Shown: positions 58,982 to 64,000 of the stretch, in pieces | How positions within the stretch are numbered: position 1 is the first letter of the stretch | Layout: each line of letters starts with the position of its first letter | NCBI GenBank assembly: GCA_963705305.1 | Contig: OY970067.1 | Coordinates: 960,001 to 1,024,000 of the forward strand | Source: an uncultured Methylomirabilota bacterium | Lineage (GTDB): Bacteria; Methylomirabilota; Methylomirabilia; Methylomirabilales; 2-02-FULL-66-22 | Reading direction: 5' to 3' | DNA: 64,000 bases | Position numbers and translations under genes: made by a program | The notes under the pieces: model-generated | Seen by the model: only the letters and a program-made list of their open reading frames with translations | What the model was told of the DNA's origin: nothing | Databases searched by the model: none

Positions 58982-59650
58982 TCAATAGGATTCCGTCATC
59001 ACCCAGGCGTACAGGCTTTTCGGGCCGTGCACGCCGAGGGTCAGCGTCAGCTCGATATCGCTGGTCCGGCTGGGCCCCGTCACGAGAACACAATACCCCG
59101 CGTCCTTCGCCTCCGCAAGCGCCTGGTGGAAATCCGGCCGCAGGGCGGCGGGCGTCAGGATTGCCAGGTGAACGCGCGGCAAGAGAGAGACGATCCGCGG
59201 CCGCTCCGGCGAAGAGCGGAGCAGGAGCGACCCGGTCTCCGGCAGGGCTGCATCCACGCCTGTCACCCCCAGCTCGCACTCGGCGACGCGGCGCTTGCCC
59301 GCCTCGGGCGGGACGATCTCGACGCCGAGCGCCTCGAGCGTCGTTGCCGCCTCCCATGCCGCGAGGTCCGGCGTGGACCAGAGGGTGGCCTTCTTGACCT
59401 CCTCGGTCTTCACCAGCTCGACCAATGCGGCGCGGAGCGCCTCCCTGCCTGTCAGGCGGCGGGTGACGCCGCTCAGCTTCTCGATCTCCGTCAAGAGCTG
59501 CGACAGCTCGGCCTCGGGATCCCCGGGCCGGCGGGGGCCCACGCGGGCCGTGGGGGGCAGCGGGGACGGGGCGCCCGCGGGCTGGGCGCCGGCAGGCCTC
59601 CCCAGCGATTCCCGCACTCTGGCCAGAATTTCTTCGCGCGCCGATTGCAC
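58982..59650 (-). CDS. lutC: Lactate utilization protein C (LUD domain)
   Basis: ETGS, SLLPRVH, TGPSRTSDIE...GVHGP. Confidence 0.9.
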   Translation of the reverse strand: MQSAREEILARVRESLGRPAGAQPAGAPSPLPPTARVGPRRPGDPEAELSQLLTEIEKLSGVTRRLTGREALRAALVELVKTEEVKKATLWSTPDLAAWEAATTLEALGVEIVPPEAGKRRVAECELGVTGVDAALPETGSLLLRSSPERPRIVSLLPRVHLAILTPAALRPDFHQALAEAKDAGYCVLVTGPSRTSDIELTLTLGVHGPKSLYAWVMTESY

Positions 59651-59679
59651 GTTTCCCTCGCTCCTTGGCGACACCGTTG

Positions 59680-61122
59680 CTACTGCTGTCCCCTGGCACC
59701 CCGCGGGCGGCGGCGCCACCAGCGCCGGAAATCCGACGCGAAGGCCGGGAACGGCCGGGACGTCGTCCAGCGGTTGAGAGGAGGTGGAAGCCTGTCCAGC
59801 CACCCCTCCTTCTCGAGCGGCGCTTGTAGCCACTTCAGCGCCCAGGCCCCCACGCGGTAGAGCCAGGGTGTGCGGAGGGCCACCGAGCCGGCCCGCGCGG
59901 CGGCCCGCAGCGCGGCCGGCGCCGCCGCCCCCTCCATCTCGTCTCCCTCGGCCACCCGGTGGCGCAGGTGGAGCAGGATGTCCGTGATGGGAATCTTCAC
60001 GGGGCAGATGTCATTGCAGGCGCCGCACAGCGTGGAGGCGAAGGGCAGCCCCCCCGCCGCCTTGGTTCCCAGGATCTGGCTGGCGAAGAGCGTCCCCGTG
60101 GGCCCGGAAATCGGATACCCGTAGGCGTACCCCCCCACGGTGTTGAACACGGGACAGATGTTCAGGCAGGCCCCGCACCGGATGCACAGCAGGGTCTCCC
60201 GGCATTCGGGTGTTCGCAGGATGCGGGACCGCCCGTTATCCAGCAGGACGAGGTGAAACTCGCTCGGTCCGGCCTCAGCCGCCGTGCGGGGCGGACCGGT
60301 GATGAAGGAGGTGTAGCAGGTGATCTTCTGTCCGGTGGCGCTCCTCGCCAAGAGCTTCAAAAGGACGGTGAGGCACTCCCAATCCGGTACGATCTTGTCG
60401 ATACCGACGACGGCCACGTGCACGGGGGAGACGGTCGTGCACATGCGCCCGTTCCCCTCGTTGGTCACCATGACCAGGGTCCCGGTCTCCGCCACCAGGA
60501 AGTTTCCCCCCGAGATGCCCATGTCCGCGGCCAGGAATTCCTCCCGGAGCTTCATGCGCGCGACCTGGGTCAGCCCCTGCGCATCAGAAGGGGCCTCCAC
60601 GCCCAACTTCCGATGGAACACGTCGGCGATCTCCTCCTTGGAGAGATGGAATGCCGGCACGACGATGTGAGCCGGTCCCATGCCGAGGAGCTGGACGATG
60701 TACTCGCCCAGGTCGGTCTCCAGCACCTGGATTCCGGCCGCCTCCAGGGCGTGGTTCAGGCCGATCTCCTCCGAGGCCATGCTCTTCGACTTCACCGCCT
60801 TCTTGACCTGGCGCTGTCGCGCGATCTCGAGGACGATCCGATTGGCCTCCTCCGCGTCCCGCGCCCAGTGCACGTGCCCGCCCGCGGCGGTCACTGCCCG
60901 CTCTGCCTGCTCGAGATAGTCGTCGAGGTGCGTGATGGCGTGGAGGCGCAGGTCGTGGCCGGCCTGGCGGAGCGCCTGCCACAGCTCCTGCCCCAGCAGC
61001 TCCACCAGCGTCGCGCGGGTGCCCAGGAACTTTCCGGTGGCCTTCTGCACCGCCGCCGGCATCGTGGGGGGTACCCGCCGGCTGTTGGCCCGAAAGTCGA
61101 TGGAGGGAGGCGCCTGACTCAT
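59680..61122 (-). CDS. lutB: L-lactate oxidation Fe-S protein LutB/LldF
   Basis: KSKSMASEEI, ETDLGEYI, NEGNG, CIRCGACLNICP. Confidence 0.93.
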   Translation of the reverse strand: MSQAPPSIDFRANSRRVPPTMPAAVQKATGKFLGTRATLVELLGQELWQALRQAGHDLRLHAITHLDDYLEQAERAVTAAGGHVHWARDAEEANRIVLEIARQRQVKKAVKSKSMASEEIGLNHALEAAGIQVLETDLGEYIVQLLGMGPAHIVVPAFHLSKEEIADVFHRKLGVEAPSDAQGLTQVARMKLREEFLAADMGISGGNFLVAETGTLVMVTNEGNGRMCTTVSPVHVAVVGIDKIVPDWECLTVLLKLLARSATGQKITCYTSFITGPPRTAAEAGPSEFHLVLLDNGRSRILRTPECRETLLCIRCGACLNICPVFNTVGGYAYGYPISGPTGTLFASQILGTKAAGGLPFASTLCGACNDICPVKIPITDILLHLRHRVAEGDEMEGAAAPAALRAAARAGSVALRTPWLYRVGAWALKWLQAPLEKEGWLDRLPPPLNRWTTSRPFPAFASDFRRWWRRRPRGARGQQ

Positions 61123-61859
61123 CGGCTTTCTCCTTCCGCCGCCAGGATATCGATCAGGTGCATGGCGCGGATGGGTGAGCCCGCCTTGCGCAGTCCGCCC
61201 GCGATATTCATCAGGCACCCGGCGTCGCAGGCGACGACGACCTCGGCCCCGCTGGCCTGGATGGAGCGGACCTTGGCCTCCATCATGGCCCGGCTGACCT
61301 CGGGGTAGACGACGCTGAAGACGCCGCCGAATCCGCAGCAGGTCTCCTCGGTGGACAGCGGCAGGAGGGTGAGGCCGCGCACCTGACGTAAGAGCGCCTT
61401 GGGCTCTTCCCGGCACTCCAGGCCGCGCAGGAGGTGGCAGGAGGCGTGGTAGGTCACCCTGTGGGGGAAGGTGGCGCCGACATCGGTGACCCCGAGGACA
61501 TTCACCAGGAACTGGGTGAATTCGAGCGTCCGCTCCGCGGCATCCCGGGCCTGCCGGTGCTCGGGGGTGCCCGGAGGGAAGAGCTCCGGATAGTGGTGGC
61601 GGACCATGTCCACGCAGGAGCCCGACGGCGACACGATATACCCGTCGGTCCCGCCGAAGGTGCGCAGCCACTGCCGCGCCAGGTCCCGCGCCTCTTTCCG
61701 GAAGCCGCTGTTGAAGAAGGGCTGGCCGCAGCAGGTCTGGTCCCGGGGGAAGGCCGTCTCTACCCCCAGCCGCTCCAGGAGACCCACCATCCGGTGGAGG
61801 ACGCCGGGGAAGAATTGCTCGCCCAGGCAGGTGATGAAGAGCTGCGCCTTGATCGCCAC
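61119..61859 (-). CDS. lutA: L-lactate oxidation Fe-S protein LutA/LldE
   Basis: LFITC, QTCCGQP, YHASCH, CCGFGG, GCLMNI. Confidence 0.93.
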   Translation of the reverse strand: MAIKAQLFITCLGEQFFPGVLHRMVGLLERLGVETAFPRDQTCCGQPFFNSGFRKEARDLARQWLRTFGGTDGYIVSPSGSCVDMVRHHYPELFPPGTPEHRQARDAAERTLEFTQFLVNVLGVTDVGATFPHRVTYHASCHLLRGLECREEPKALLRQVRGLTLLPLSTEETCCGFGGVFSVVYPEVSRAMMEAKVRSIQASGAEVVVACDAGCLMNIAGGLRKAGSPIRAMHLIDILAAEGESR

Positions 61860-61961
61860 GCCGATCCTTTCCGTTCGAGGCCGACCCCCTCCGGATCTTC
61901 TCCCTTCAGGAAAGATCGCAATAGCCGACGAGAGGCGAGCGCCCGGCCGCGCCGCACTTTC

Positions 61962-63239
61962 CTAGGCGCGGCCGGCCGAGGCCCGGTCCAGAAGCTGGCT
62001 CACGTGCTGGACCTGAACGGCCAACCCCTTCTTCCGGACCCCGTAGGACAGATGCATCATGCAGGCGGGGCACTCGGTGGCCAGGATCGTGGCGCCGGTC
62101 TTCTCCACGTTCCCCATCTTCCGGTCCAGGACCCCGGCGGCCTCGGTGTGGTGCAGGAACGTGTAGCTTCCCGCGGCGCCGCAGCACCAGTCCGATTCGG
62201 GCAGCTCCTTGTAGGTCAAGCCGGGGATGGACTTGAGGAGCTGGCGCGGCTGCGCCGTGATCTTGGAGTACCTGTTCGAAAGATGACATGGATCGTGATA
62301 GGTGACCACGCCCTCCAGCGCTGCCAGTGGACCGTTCACGCCCAGCGCTATCAGAAATTCGCTGAAGCTCTTGATCTTCCCGGACAGGGCCTCGGCCCGC
62401 TCCGCGTACGCCGGATCCCCCTTGAGCAGGCTGCCGTATTCTTTGAGATGGCTGCTGCAGCTCCCGCACTCGGACAGGATGGCGTCAAAGCCCATGGCCG
62501 GGGCGAGGCGCTCCACATTCCGCCGCGCGATGTCCCGCGCCGCATCCAGGTCGCCGTACGCATGCGCCGGCCGGCCGCAGCAGGTGTTGTTGAGGATGGT
62601 GATCGAGCAGCCCGCCCGCGCCAGCACGCGCAGCGTCGCCTCGACCACATCGGGATACTGGAAGCTCAGGCCGCAGGAGACGAAGTAGCCGATCCTGGCC
62701 TTGGACTTGGCCGGCTCGGCCCCCAGGCTCCGCTCGCCGCGTCGGAAGGGCTGCGCCGGCAGGCTGGGCACGATGTCGGCCGTCCCGTGCAGGCGCCCGT
62801 CCACCAGCTTCATGGCCCCGCTCTTCTCGGCCAGGCTGGCCAGGCCCGTCCGCTTGGCCCACACGGCCATGCGCCCGGCCCACTCCAGCTTCGTGCTGTC
62901 GGCCAGGACCGACCGGAACAAGATCCGCTGCCACATCGGCTGGCCCTGCCGGTTGAGGTAGGCATGCCGGATCGCGGTGACGATCTCGTCGGTCTTCAGG
63001 GCCGGGAAGCAGTGGGCGGTGCAGCCGCGGCAGAGGAGGCAGTCCTCCAGGGCGTGCATGACGTCCGGCGTCAGATCCAGATCGCCCAGCATCAGGCCCC
63101 GGGCAATGGCCAGGCGGCCGCGCGACAGCGAATGCTCCTCGCCCGTCACCCGGAACACCGGGCAGCCGGCCTGGCAGAAGCCGCAGTGATTGCACTTCGC
63201 GATCAGCTCGTGCAGGGGCAGCAGCTCTGGGATGGCCAT
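61962..63239 (-). CDS. GlcF-like Fe-S subunit of glycolate/lactate oxidase
   Basis: CNHCGFCQAGCP, CLLCRGC, YHDPCH, CCGAAG. Confidence 0.88.
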   Translation of the reverse strand: MAIPELLPLHELIAKCNHCGFCQAGCPVFRVTGEEHSLSRGRLAIARGLMLGDLDLTPDVMHALEDCLLCRGCTAHCFPALKTDEIVTAIRHAYLNRQGQPMWQRILFRSVLADSTKLEWAGRMAVWAKRTGLASLAEKSGAMKLVDGRLHGTADIVPSLPAQPFRRGERSLGAEPAKSKARIGYFVSCGLSFQYPDVVEATLRVLARAGCSITILNNTCCGRPAHAYGDLDAARDIARRNVERLAPAMGFDAILSECGSCSSHLKEYGSLLKGDPAYAERAEALSGKIKSFSEFLIALGVNGPLAALEGVVTYHDPCHLSNRYSKITAQPRQLLKSIPGLTYKELPESDWCCGAAGSYTFLHHTEAAGVLDRKMGNVEKTGATILATECPACMMHLSYGVRKKGLAVQVQHVSQLLDRASAGRA

Positions 63240-63260
63240 TAAACTCTCCTGAGCGAATGC

Positions 63261-63349
63261 AAAACCGACAACCGACAAGTGATAACCGGTCAACGAAGAG
63301 CCGATCGGCCGGTGACTTTTCAGTTGTTCGGTTGTCGGTTGTCGGTTTT
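63261..63349. repeat. Intergenic inverted repeat built from ACCGACA heptamers
   Basis: Perfect 18-bp IR 63261-63278 / 63332-63349. Confidence 0.75.
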
Positions 63350-63366
63350 TCCTTTCGCCTTCCCTG

Positions 63367-64000
63367 TCAGATTCCCCCGACGAAGCGTCCCGGGCTCAGG
63401 ATGCCGGCCGGGTCGAACTCCGCCTTCAGGCGCCGCATGACGGCCAGCGCCTCCCCCGGTTTTCCCCAGGCCTCGAGGTGGCGCTTGACGGCCAGGGGGG
63501 CCGCTTCCACGACCAGGCTCCCTTCGGCCGCTTCGGCCTCGCGTCGCAAGGCCTCGATCCCATCCCGCACCAATTCCGGCGGGGTTCCGGCCGTGAGGCC
63601 GCAGGCCGCCCGGACGACCCCGCTCCCCGCATGGGCCGCGATCGCGCCGCGCCACCCGTGGCGGCGCAGCAGATCCTCCGCCCTGGCGACGAACGCAAGG
63701 GTCTGGCTGATGGGCACGCCGATCTTCAGGCTGAGCCGCTCTGCCGCTCCGACCGCCCGATCCAGAACATCGCGGATCTCGCCCCAGGCGGCCGGGCTCT
63801 GCTCCGCGGCCAGGGTCGAGGTCTTCACGGCCCGCCCCTCCACGAACACCTGGGCGAAATCGCGGACCTGCCGCGCCACGGTGGCGGGGGTGCCGGCCAG
63901 CGAGACGGCCACCCCATACCCACGCGATCCGGTCAATCCCAGACTGGCAACCCCCGCCAAGGCCGGCGCGTCCAGCAGCTCCATAGCCTCGGGCAGGAGA
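63367..64000 (-). CDS. GlcE-like FAD-binding oxidoreductase, C-terminal part
   Basis: AHAGSG, MRRLKAEFDPAGILSPGRF; upstream of GlcF-like gene; 5' end outside window. Confidence 0.85.
   Translation of the reverse strand, partial: LLPEAMELLDAPALAGVASLGLTGSRGYGVAVSLAGTPATVARQVRDFAQVFVEGRAVKTSTLAAEQSPAAWGEIRDVLDRAVGAAERLSLKIGVPISQTLAFVARAEDLLRRHGWRGAIAAHAGSGVVRAACGLTAGTPPELVRDGIEALRREAEAAEGSLVVEAAPLAVKRHLEAWGKPGEALAVMRRLKAEFDPAGILSPGRFVGGI

Overview
High-GC bacterial window, probably from an anaerobe or facultative anaerobe (taxon cannot be fixed from sequence alone). No rRNA, tRNA or CRISPR array was found. (1) 1-21.7 kb is a mosaic, partly lower-GC accessory region. It holds two decayed IS110-family (IS1111-type) elements whose right-end noncoding regions still show readable bridge/seekRNA guides matching their own flanks, and an IS481-like element that splits a membrane/TPR gene. 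It also holds a stand-alone HEPN gene fused to an AEP/primase-like domain, an 870-aa lipoprotein, a three-lipoprotein plus patatin-like phospholipase cluster, and RAYT-type remnants. (2) 22-33 kb carries housekeeping and catabolic genes: amidase with small partner, a UGA-recoded AhpD/CMD selenoprotein, cyclase, MoxR-DUF58 operon, and a CCA-like nucleotidyltransferase behind an attenuator-like leader. It also carries an unexplained ~195-nt transcription unit with an 18-nt perfect complement of the 16S rRNA 3' end. (3) 33.6-52.7 kb is a thiol-redox / 'orange protein' (orp)-like cluster with two sigma-54 promoters sharing an enhancer palindrome, a selenocysteine peroxiredoxin and an embedded TRAP operon. 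(4) 52.8-64 kb has a 2-hydroxyacid dehydrogenase, an octaheme HAO-family cytochrome and lactate/glycolate oxidation genes (Dld-II, LutABC, GlcEF-like). Family assignments come from motifs read by eye; no searches were run.
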